The notes under the pieces are model-generated. The model saw only the letters and a list, made by a program, of their open reading frames with translations. It ran no database searches and had not been told where the DNA came from. A DNA stretch of 48,026 nucleotides, counting the filler, from Catajapyx aquilonaris (lineage: Eukaryota), in the NCBI GenBank assembly GCA_000934665.2. It is 2 parts of 2 records of this genome, joined end to end, with 100 filler letters (N's around TTAATTAATTAA, not from the genome) between each part and the next. Parts side by side here need not be neighbours in the genome. Positions count along the whole stretch, not along the records: positions 24,098 to 48,026 come from JYFJ02005598.1; 1 more part is not named here. One strand, written 5' to 3'. Numbering within the stretch: the first letter of the stretch is position 1; every line of letters begins with the position of its first letter. Position numbers and translations under genes: made by a program. Positions 35,040 through 46,200 of the stretch are shown here, in pieces.

Positions 35040-37819
35040 ATGGAAGGATTTTTGCCCGAGAAAGAAAGCTTTGCAACCAAGGCCATCCATTCCGGCCACA
35101 CCCCGGACCAGTGGGATTCAAAGTGCGCTGTCCCACCTGTCGTTATGTCCAGCATCTTCAAGATGGAAGGTGCCGGCTACATGGACGAGGATGGACCAGT
35201 AAGCACCATTTCGCATTAGGCTCAACCTGACATGTACTTGCACCGTACGTGACTCTCCCAAGCGCATGCGTGGTCCTTCCCTATTCCGCTGCGCCTACCG
35301 AAGCAAATCTATTTATGGAATGAAGACGAACAATGGCGTCTCTGATTTTGTCACCTTGTTGTTGACATACCACAGACAACGACCTACCAGAGATAAGGTA
35401 GCTCTTTTTAATGCCAACATTGCAGACCTACTTCTACGGCCGCTACAACAACCCTACGAGAACCGTCCTGGAAAAAACCTTTGCGGCCATCGAAGGTGCC
35501 AAACACGGCTTCGCCTTTCCATCAGGCCTGGCAGCCGTGTCCGCCCTTCACTCAATCCTACGCCCTGGTGACCACATGGTGTCAATGACCAACATTTACA
35601 GCGGTGCCCACAAGTTCTTCAGCGACGCCCAAAAGGCCCACGACGTTCAAGTCACATTCGTCGGGTCGCCACTGACACCTCAGAAGATCAAGGCCGCCAT
35701 GACCCCCAAAACTAAGGTACGTTACAATGTAATTTATTTATAAATAATGCGCATGAGCATATTAATTACATGTAATTACCACACCAAATCTTAATTACTT
35801 TTTTTGTTGTTGCTATTACTGAAATTTACTGTCTGGCTGTCCCTTATACGTTACCAAAAATGGGTCTGGGCATCCCATGTTGCTCTGGCTCCTTCAGGGT
35901 CTTCGCCTAGTTCCCTAGTTCAGCCCTCCCTGGTTCTGAAGGTGTTCTGAAGGCATCAGGCCCATCAGGCAGGCAAGGGAATCCTCGGCCATGTTGGATT
36001 GGCAAGTGGCGCCATCTGTTGGCCGCACCCCCAACTTGGCACTAACGCCGAATGTAGCACAGTAGCTGTTTTCGATTAGCAGCTTAGCTGATATTATTTT
36101 GTTAAAAATTTTGTTACAATTTTTTTTAAATTATTTATTTATACCGCATTGGGATAATCGGCGCTCCATTAGGGGGGTGGAGTACCACCATTGGATGGGG
36201 GCAAGGATAGGGAAGGATGGAAGCGGCTGTGGCCTATTATATGGAAACGATCCCGGAATTATCCTGGGGGGAACCGTGGGAATCAACCACAGAAAATCAC
36301 GGTCAGGGTCGCCGGCCCCGGGATTCGAACCCAGGACCTACACCAACCTGTTTCGGTGCTTAGTTGATATTATGTTTCGTTTGAAGCTGGTTTGGCTGGA
36401 GACGCCGACCAACCCGCTTCTGGAGGTGGTGGATATACAGGAGGTGGCCAGGGTGGTCAAGAAGGAGTCGAAGGTGGTGCTGGCGGTGGACAACACCTTC
36501 CTGACCCCGTACTTCCAGGTGATTTTGATTGAAATAGGGTAGAGCCAATGGCGTAATTGGCAATTATGTTTCAGCGTCCAATGGAGCATGGAGCGGACGT
36601 TGCGGTGTATTCATGCACCAAGTACATGAACGGACACACTGACATCATCATGGGGGCGGTCACCACCAATGATGACAACCTGGCTCGAGTGCTGAAGGAT
36701 GTTCAGAAGCGTAAGGTCAATTCTTTCTTTTTTTAATACCCCGTGATAGCCCCTTTTAGGGGGGAAAGGGGAGGTTCCCGAGGGAGGGCGATGTAATTAT
36801 AGTCATTTCTGACTTTCTGAAGCACACCAGACCTTTTCTCCTGGCCCTGGGCAGAGTAGGGAGTGCAATTATTGTCATTTCTGACTTTCTGAAACACACC
36901 AGACCTTTTCTCCGGGCCCTGGGCAGAGTAGGAAGTGCAATTATAGTCATTTCTGACTTTCTGAAATATACCAGACCTTTTCTCCTGGCCCTGGGCAGAG
37001 TATGGAGTGCAATTCTGTCCTGGCATGGTGAAAAGAGAAAAAAGACCCGGCCAAGCAGAGGTGACGGGGACGGGATTTGAACCCCGGCCTCCCGCTTGGC
37101 TTGGCTGGCCACTGGCGTAACCACCAGACCACCATGCCCCCCTCGTAAGGTCCATTCTTCCATAGCCAGAACTGTTCAGCGATTTGTGTTTCAGACCAAG
37201 GTTCGGTACCATCTCCGTTCGACTGCTTCTTGGTCCATCGAGGCCTGAAGACTCTGCACCTCAGGATGAACGAGCATATGAAGAATGGTCTCGTCGTGGC
37301 CCGATTCCTCCAGGGTCATCCATCAGTCGAGAAGGTGCTGCATCCAGGCCTGCCCAATCACCCGGGTCACTCTCTGGCCAAGAAGCAGACCAGTGGTCAC
37401 TCCGGAATGGTGTCATTTTACATCAAAGGTGGTGTGGAACAAGTGACCAAGTTCCTCACAAGTCTTAAGATCTTCCTGGTGGCACCTAGTCTTGGAACTG
37501 ATATCAGCTTGGCATCATTTCCGTAAGTTTATTTTAACCACGTAGGTAGTGGGGTTGCCGCTGCGGCGCTGCTGTAGTGTAACTGTGTGGCGGCACGGGG
37601 GGTCTCCATATGGCTGGGATGGGAGTGTCATTTAACTATTAATTTGCTGATATTTATGTGACTATTTGCAGAGCTAAGTTGAGCCACTACTATTTGAGCC
37701 AGAAGGAACGTGATGAGCTGAGGATCACGGACAATTTGATTCGTCTTCATGTAGGACTTGAGACTGCTCAAGATCTGATTGACGACTTGGATCAAGCACT
37801 GAAGAAAGCTACTTGTTGA
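35040..37819 (+). CDS. CTH: Cystathionine gamma-lyase-like PLP enzyme (divergent), ~397 aa, 6 exons
   Basis: join(35040..35198,35426..35716,36387..36518,36575..36710,37195..37522,37672..37819). Motifs [54 protein letters not shown] (PLP lysine), [19 protein letters not shown]...DLDQAL. Confidence 0.93.
36098..36357 (-). mobile_element. tRNA-derived SINE, family A copy 4 (deletion in head), in CTH intron 2
   Basis: Body matches family A; TSD GCTTAG(C/T)TGATATTAT (36082-36097, 36358-36373). Confidence 0.8.
36726..37143 (-). mobile_element. tRNA-derived SINE family C with an internal 3x72-bp tandem amplification, in CTH intron 4
   Basis: Units start at 36795, 36867 and 36939; tRNA head at ~37070-37143; TSD CGTAAGGTC(A/C)ATTCTT. 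Confidence 0.8.
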
Positions 37820-37842
37820 ATAGTGTAACACTATGTGAACCG

Positions 37843-37848
37843 AATAAA
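37843..37848 (+). terminator. AATAAA polyadenylation signal of the CTH-like gene
   Basis: Canonical hexamer 23 nt after the stop, followed by GT/T-rich sequence. Confidence 0.55.
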
Positions 37849-37886
37849 CCCATATAAATGTTTCATTGTTAGTTTCAACAATCAGT

Positions 37887-37899
37887 TTTGCTAGGAAAC
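37887..37899. promoter_or_regulatory. RFX X-box-like motif upstream of CFAP161
   Basis: TTTGCTAGGAAAC, 12/13 match to the GTTGCTAGGAAAC-type X-box, 42 nt before the ATG of a ciliary gene. Confidence 0.45.
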
Positions 37900-37941
37900 G
37901 GCTATTTGTGTCACTGGTGTTCTTTGGAACATCTGTCCAAG

Positions 37942-39889
37942 ATGGACTCTCGTTCAATGCCCCCTAACTCTGAGAAGCTATGGAGGACCGCGGTCCGGAT
38001 GGCCAACTGGAACGAGGACCTCTACATGGAAGACGTAGGTACATACCCATGTTGCAAACCCCTTCAACAATGCCCGATTTTACAGGAAAAGATGCAGAGG
38101 TTCCTCCAGCAGAGAGACAAGGGTGAGCTGGTAAGCCAGAAGACACAGATGATGCTCAGTAACTTCTTAGCCCCCGTAAGTATTAAAGGTCATGGTTCAC
38201 CACCAGTGTGTGACCCTTTTGGTATTGGCAGGTAACAATGACGTACAAGTCTCGTGGGTACGTCCGTATCGGAGAGCCATTCCAGTTGCTGAATCAGTTT
38301 CCGATGATGTACGAGCTAAAGAAATGTGTGGACAACCGTCCACTGTCCCTCTCCATCTACTCCACCCCTACTCTGGTGAGGAACACCCAGGATATCGATG
38401 AGCAGGTGCCTCTGTGTGCCTCATACATCGTTGATCCTGTGGCGCGGAACACCTTTGTCATCGAAAGGTACATGGGACACCTCACTGTTGATGTTGTCAT
38501 ACATGTTGACCTTTTCCAGAATAAATGAGACCGATTCAGTGGATGACTGCCTCAGATACGGCGAGCACTTCCACATCGTCATGAGGGTGCCCAAGAAGAA
38601 CATGAAGGTAAGTACGGTATACCTTGTCATATTATTGAAACTGACTGTAATCCCTTGCAGTATTACCTGTTCTCGGCTCCCATTACCTTTGACTACCGAG
38701 CCAAGATGTCTGGCCACATGGACGTCCATCTTGTCTGTGAGCCATCTCGATACACTAAATGGCGTGCGGTTAGTCTTGATCCAGAGACACGTCTGGAGAA
38801 GGAAGGACAGTACGTGCCTGTAAGTAACACACTGTGTAGCCATACCAGGGAGCATATACTACATAAGAGGCGCAAACATTCGATTTCCGCGTCTCTCTGT
38901 TTGGGCCGTTGCCAAGGCTGGCGGCGATTTTGAAGTGTGGGCAACGCCAACGAGGTATAAATAGGGTACAGGCAAAAATAGGGTCCGCCATCTTTGATTC
39001 GCGCGTGTTCTTGCAGTGTATTATGCGATTCACGAGTCCTGACCTGTTAGGCTCCACCCACCTCCTCTCAACGTCAGCGGCGGAAGAAATCAGGCCTGGA
39101 ATGCTCGTGATTCTCGCGAGTGTAGGAGCCATTGGTGCGGGGTTCGGTCTCAACAAGGGATCGGTGGTTCGTCGTATTTCCAGGTCTGGTTGTCCCCCNC
39201 CCCCCCCCATGCGGCCAATAAGTGCTCTCCCCCATCCTCCTGGCAGGCGTGTGAGGCCATGGCGGACGCGGACGTGGCAACCTCGCCTTCAGAGGGCGGA
39301 GGACGGGGGAGGAGCCTAACAGGCCAGGACTCGTGAATCACATAATAGTTGTCATGGCTCCAAAGCTATCAAAGATGGCGGACCCTATTTTTGCCTGTAC
39401 CCTATTTAAACCTCGTTAGCGTTGCCCACGCCTCAAAATGGCCGCCAGCCTTGGCAACGGCCCCAAACAGAGAGACGCGGACATCAAAGGCGCCGACAGA
39501 AGTTTGCCCCTGGCCATACCATATGTGTGTAACTGTCTCCATTGTTCCAGAGCAATGCTCCATTGCTGATGAACCACGTGCTGACCAACAAGAACCTTTG
39601 CTTGGAGCACCTGCACAAGTTCTACACTTTCTTCGGTCAGGAGTACGAGGTGTCTGTACACACCTACGTGGACTCGGTCAAGTTCGAGGAACCCATGAAC
39701 CACTGGATGATCGTGATGGACTATCCAGATGCCTTCAAATGCAGGGAACCATGCTCATTGAGGGATGTACCACCCAAGGAGCCAGAACCGGTCACTCATG
39801 TCATTGACGTCCCCCAGCCAAATTCTGTCCCTGACCCCTGTGACCGCGAGACTGTCAAGATGGACCAGTGTCCTGATCAGGAGTATTGA
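37942..39889 (+). CDS. CFAP161: Cilia- and flagella-associated protein 161, ~334 aa, 6 exons
   Basis: join(37942..38034,38086..38175,38232..38467,38520..38607,38661..38819,39551..39889). N-terminal VRMANWNEDLYMEDEKMQRFLQQRDKGELVSQK matches the CFAP161 VRIGNWNEDxxLEE..DFLEKRDKG motif; also PVARNTFVIE, LRYGEHF, LMNHVLTNKNL, EYEVSVHTY, NHW. Confidence 0.9.
38846..39512. mobile_element. MITE (P- or hAT-like) with ~150-bp inverted arms in CFAP161 intron 5
   Basis: CAGGG...CCCTG termini; arms ~38887-38998 and ~39368-39480 are near-identical inverted copies; TSD GCCATAC(C). Confidence 0.8.
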
Positions 39890-40296
39890 ACAAAAATATA
39901 TGAGGACACCATAATTTTACTGCACGCACAATAATTACACAACAAAGAGTATAGAAAGGTATACAAACGATTTACCAAGTGTGTACATACATCTTTTTTT
40001 TGGAACGCTTTGGATCTCTTTTTGATTATGAAATACACATGATTGTCATAAAAATTACACTAATTGTTTTTTTAAATTCCCCTACATACGTGCACTTGAA
40101 AAAACCTAGTGTCCAATCACAAAGTGAACAACAAGAGAAGTGGAGGGCACCACTATAGAGAGCAATTTTTTCTGAACCAATTTGTACTCATTCTGAACAC
40201 TTAATTTTGGGCGCAAATATGAGCAATTGAAAAACATAAATAAGTATAGAAACTACATATTCACACATGATTCTTCCACTTCTGTCGTGTCCTCGA

Positions 40297-43200
40297 TCAG
40301 AGTTCTGTACTCATCTCATGCAAGGTGTCCACAGTGGGTTGTATGTTGTTCTTGGCAGGCTTGTCGTCGTTTGTACTGAATGAAGGCCAGCCATTGGTTA
40401 TGGACGGGACCTGAAACACAATAGTGTATAAGTAACATGTCTTAATCATGATGTGATACCGGGACTTACTTTTGAGCACTTTGAATTAAAGGTAATAGAA
40501 CTAGTTCAAGGCTGGCAGATTTCTGAAGGTGTCCAGTGTTCTTGTTGTCCTGGGTCATAAAGCAAAGGTGGGTGTCAACTGTCGTGTCAACATGTCATCA
40601 ATATCCTGTCCAGTCACCTAGAAACATATACTCACAGAGTTGTCGTAGTGATGCCTGTCGTTGGCATATGTGTCGTTGACGGGAGGGCAGTAGTAGAAGC
40701 TGTTAGAAGACCAAGGTTGAGCCCTGACCTGCCTCAGACCAACAGGAAGCGAAGGAAGAGGAGGATTGTTGTTTGGATTGTCGCTGATGTTGTTGTTGTT
40801 ATGGAGAAGCGTCCGGGGCACCTGTTGGCCATGCACAGGAGAGGAAGAGTACCTGGGGTTGTCCCAAGATGAAGGATGTGGTGGAGGGAGGGAACCGAAA
40901 GCAACCCGCTTCTTCACAGCCGCAGCAGAAGTCTCTTGATGGTGGTGAGCAGGTGAGGAATGGTGGTGAGCAGGTGAAGAAAGGTGGTGAGCAGGTGAAG
41001 AAAGGTAGTGAGCTGGTGAGGAAATGTTGTGAGCTGGTGAGGAATGGTGTTGATCTGGTGAGGAATGGTGGTGAGGAAGAGGAGGAAGGTGCTGGTGGCT
41101 GACAACACCAGTAAGCCAGGAGGAAGCAGCACCCGCACAGGGGCCGTTGCGTACCGGGTGTACCACACCCGAGTAGGAGGATTTAGTTGGGGTACCACCG
41201 CAACCAGAGCAGCTGGTTGTACTCACGGCTTTGGCCAGGGTTGCAGACAGCTTTCCAGCAGGTCTCGTCTGGGTGTCCTGGGTCCTGCAGGTGCCAAATA
41301 TGATTCGATTGTTTCAACTCTGTGTACTTTGTGACGTACCGTGGTCCTAGTATGTGCTGGGTGTCTGCTCCTTGGTCCGAGTCTGATTGCTGCTCGTGGT
41401 GAGGGTACAGCTTTCCGTTGCTCAGTCGACCGTTCAGGGCGTTTCTTTGGAGGTTTCCGTTGGGCTGCTGGTTATACCGTACCGGCAGCATCCCGTTGCT
41501 ATTGGGCATGGTGTCGGTTCCCTTGGACGACGACACTCCACTATCGGAGTGGTTGCTGGAAGAATGCATCACGGTAACCGACGCACTACCACACACACCC
41601 AGACAACAAAGGCATGCAATAAAACAAATAAAATATGTCTTTGGTCAACCGAGTTTATTGTGAGTACAACGACTACAGCACCACGTGTACAATCTTTGAC
41701 ATCATGCGGTGTTCTGTTAGTAAAGTGGCACGACAAGCATCAAATGTAAAAAGGGGTGATTTGCTCGTGGCAATACCTGTGGTTGGGTCCGACGAGCCCT
41801 GCGTTGTTAGTAGTGGTGGTAGTGCTAGTGGTGGTGGTGATGGTGGCCACTCCAGCTGATGCTGAAGAGGAGGCTGAACCACCGTTCCCTGGGTTGGGAA
41901 TTATTTGTACGGTGGCAGCCGTGGCCACGGAGGACGACTGGGTGGTCACTGCCTGTGGCGGACTGTACGGAGGAGGAGGGCTGTCTCCAGTGCTCGGGAC
42001 CTGCTGAGGCTCGTCCTGGACGGAGCTGGACGGACAATATTGGTGTCAAATGTGCCAAACTGTACAACAACAATATACTAACCCGCCCTTCCTCTTGGGC
42101 GATCGGTGTCTCTTGTTGTGCCTGTTGCCGGTACCATAGTGCAATCGAGGCACCGTCGTCTCCACCACGGTGTAGGGTATCTCCTTGAGCTGCGCCTCGG
42201 ACATGCCCGAGGTTTCGATCAGGGAGAACTCGAGATGCTTCCTGAGCTCATCCGGAAGCCTCGACTTGGCCACGTCCGACGGGGACCTCGACCTCGACCT
42301 GTGTTTCTTGTGGCACTTGCGTCGAGGGTGGAACGAGGCCTCCGACTCTGTTTCCATCCCGCTGTTCATGTACCCGGACCTTCTGGAGATGGCCAGATCC
42401 TTGACCACCGCCTCCTGGGCAGATGCATTGTTGCTGTTGTTTGTAGCCTGGCTCTGCTGGATGGCCTGCTGTCTCCTCTGGACCTCCCTCCACTGCTCCT
42501 CAGAGTCGACCAGCTCGTACTTGCTGCCCCTCTTGTTGTGTCGGTGCGAGTGGTGTCGGTGACGGTGACGGTGGTGATGGTGGTGGTGGTGTCGGTGCTC
42601 GGATTCGGAGCCGGAGTCGCCGCAGCGGTGCGAGCGACGGTGACGGTGGGCCGACGACCGACCAGACGCCTCGCTCTCGTTGTCGGAGCTACGGCGTCGG
42701 TGGCGATGTCTAGACAAAAGGCAATGTCAACACAACCCTGGTTACCCCGAAGAGCAGTCTTACCTTCTGCTGTGCGACCTGGAGTCTATAGAGCTCTGGC
42801 TCTCGACTGAGGATGACCTAAGCCGGCTGTTGGACAGCTTGGTGGACAACATCAGCTGCCCACCTTTGCCCCCGATGACGTTCCCTGCTGACCGGACCGA
42901 TCGGGGAGACGAGCTGGTGTAGTGTCCATGATGCCTGTTGCTGTCCACCCATGGTGCGCTCCGGGTGCTCCTGGGCGAATCGCTTCGAGGAGGAACCACC
43001 ACCATATGGTGTCCTCTGCTACTGCTACTGGTGTACAGGTTGGTGCTGGAGTGCTTCTGTGAAGGCGGTGGGACGTACGTCGGCTTGGTACTGACCACAT
43101 CTGAAGGTGGTGGCTTCTCATCCTCTGGCTGGTGTGACCCCTCCTCGATCTTGGGAGCTGGAAAACGGCTTTGGTCAAACTTATGAACGTACCAAAATGT

Positions 43201-46200
43201 GAACTAACGTACAGTCATTGGCTCCTTCGACGATGCGTCGCTGGTACCTCCGACTGGGCATCCGCGTGAACTGTGGCGGTGCTCTGTGTCGCATGACAGC
43301 CGCGTCACGCTGCACCTCCTTCTCGGTCCGACTACTGGAATGCTGGTCGTAAATAGTTTGCAACACGGGTAACCAAACGTACGTACCTGTACCGGAAACG
43401 GGATCCAAGGGTGAAGATCTTGGTGGGCGAAGGCGAGACTTGCACCAGACGGAAGAAGGCGTGGTGCTCCACACAGCATCGCCACAGGTGCTTACAGGCA
43501 GACTTGGACGGAGTTTCGAAACCGTACGTGCTCTCGCCATTCTGGAAAATCGGAGAATTAGTATGGACTGGTCTGGACACCTTGCGTTAGTCCCTGCGTT
43601 GATGACGGCACGGGGGTCTCAATAAGGCTGGGGGAGGAGTGTTTGGTATGGACAGTTGTAGTACTTTTTTACGAGACAGGAAACAGTGGGAGACATGGGG
43701 TCTGGTCAAGGGGGAGCGGTAGAGCGTAAAGCTGTTTCCCACACCTGTATCCCCCCCTCTTTTTGTATGTGACCAAATGAGGGTCACGGGGCAAGGCCTC
43801 GAGGTTTAATGGTGGGGGGCTACTCACATTCTTATCCTTCACTCTCAGCATGAAGTATTTCCCTTTGAAGTACACCTTGGATATTCTGGGCCTGAAAAAG
43901 AAGAACCATTTTTGTTGGTGGGAAGTTCTCTCATGATATACAGGTACTTACCAGTAGTAATTTCCAACTTTGGTCTTGTTTCTTAAGACTATGATTCCGC
44001 TGGGGGTCAGGCCCAGGAAGTACTCCACGTTGTCTTCCCCCTTTTGACAAGAGACAAACAAAATGTTCAGGGCGTGACTCATATCTACAGTGCCAATTAC
44101 TACCGAAGGTGGCATTGAGATATGTAATAAAGACAACAGACCACTTGGCGGTAGCTTGTAATTAACGCCTCACCTCTTTGGTAAAGCCGTCAGTAAACAA
44201 ATTTCGTGACAAAACAGTTAAGATGCCGTAACACCACCTTTTTTTTGCATAAGACTTCCGGGGGATAGCTGTTATTCTGCATGGCTGTCAATGTCATAGT
44301 GTGCTTGAACAGACATGTAAACAACGATACATTTCGCCTTAAGGCGTTAAGTCCATGATGAGATGTCAACTTTTCGTCCTGTTCATTTCACATATTTCAC
44401 AATCGTTACACTGTAGGCGTTACAATGGAGAAAAAAAACTTGAAGAGATCTTAACTTAGAGCATGGCTAAAGAGGAGGAGCCCGACCTTCCGCTCAGGGC
44501 TGATTCCCCCATTAATTATTGGATTATCCTATACTCTTCCTAATGAGGCAATGTTAGATCTTACCAGGACTGGATGCAGGTCGACTCCGTACATGTCCAA
44601 CCATTTGACTTTCTCCAGGTAATTCAACTCGGCCACTGCTGGCACCTCCCCTCTGCAATTAAGGAATGCACTTTTTGGTATGAATTTATCGAGGTGATGA
44701 AATTTGCCAGCTAGTAATTTCTGGGATTATGATCTTAATTACAGGTACAAGTGTACTTGTACCTTGACTCGACATGGTCGTGCAATTAATTTTGGTAGGT
44801 GTTTTGTACAGTCACTTTCAGGAGTAAGAGCTCAAAATAGCCTCTAAGACATATTTATGAGAATTCGTGATGACAGGAAGGTCTGCTTTACTCCTACCTG
44901 AAGCTCAGAATAGCCTCCAAGAGAGGAGCTCCTTATTTCTTCCTGACAAATGTGAGGAAAGTAATGTGGTGGTCCCCAGAGTTTTGGGAGAAAGATATGG
45001 GAGCCCCTGTCCTGGAGGCTATTTTGAGCTTCACGTAGGAGTAAAGTAGCAGACCTGAAGCTCAAAATAGCCTCCAAGACAGGGGCTCCCATCTCGAAGA
45101 GAGGCTCTCATGCATTTTTATGACAAACTGGAGGGGAGGTAATGTGATGCCATCACATTACCTCCCCTCCAGTTTGTCATAAAAAGGGCATCTCTTCGAG
45201 ACTATTTTGATCTTCAGGTCTTACTCCTGAAAATGTACATATATAGGACTTACCCAAGAGCATTGTGCAACTCTCCGATTCTAGCTTCCAGATCCAGAGT
45301 TTGATTGGCAATAAACCGAAATTCGGAAGTGTATCCAGGCGAATGGCGACGATGGTCATAATCTCCAAGTTCGGCTGGAAAAAAAGAGCCAGAATTTACT
45401 ATCAAGGACAGAGTAATGCCACTTTAGCTGCAACGACCTTCATAATTGCGGGTCTGTCACTACCGAGTGTCACACCCAATTACGCCTCAGACGGTGCAAG
45501 AAATTCGCAATAACAATGCCTGAACAAGGTAGGTCTTTCAAACTACCCTTTTTACGATCCCACACAATCATAATACAATTTCCGTATAGCCTGATGCTTT
45601 ATCTTGAAAAAAAAGCACCTGGGGTGTGGGCGAAACTATTTCAACCCAATGGGATGGATGGATAGAAGATGACAGAGTCCGAAACCCGCCATTTCGCCCT
45701 GGTAATTCCAGAGGGTAGGTAATCACGAGACAGAATCGCCAAAAAAAACCACGCCCCACGTGACAGAGACAGCCTTCGAAGTTATGGTTACGACAAGGTA
45801 AGTCCACCCCCAAGGACTTCCCCATTCTGAAACAATAGTCCACCGAGTAACAGAGGATGAGACATGTGACGCGACGCTACGGAAGGACCAGTCTCCTACC
45901 AGCGACGCTATGGAAGGACCAGTCTCCTACTAGCGACGCTATGGAAGGACCAGTCTCCTACTAGCGACGCTATGGAAGGACCAGTCTCCTACCAGCGCGG
46001 CGACGCTATATGGAAGGACCAGGTCCCCTACCAGCGACGCTATGGAAGGATCAGTCTCCTACTAGCGACGCTATGGAAGGACCACTCCCTGCTCCCGTCG
46101 TGGCTGCTGCATCACTAGCGACGCTCTGGAGGGACGCGCTATAAGCTGCGTCTCAGCAGCCCCTTACAACAAATTCTCTGGATCGTAGGCGGATATACCA

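Noticed and set aside
36733..37212. 159-aa and 135-aa ORFs with 24-aa repeats
   Set aside because: Translation artefacts of the 3x72-bp amplification inside an intronic SINE.
35040..37819. Horizontal transfer of a bacterial metC/mgl gene (because of the FYGR motif)
   Set aside because: Five spliceosomal introns and animal-CTH-type motifs (GFLP..FAT.AIH, P.QW.S, TPYFQRP, KYMNGH) indicate vertical animal origin.
45870..46135. CRISPR-like array of ~31-bp repeats
   Set aside because: Units are head-to-tail with no unique spacers, there are no cas genes, and the context is a eukaryotic intron; it is a minisatellite.
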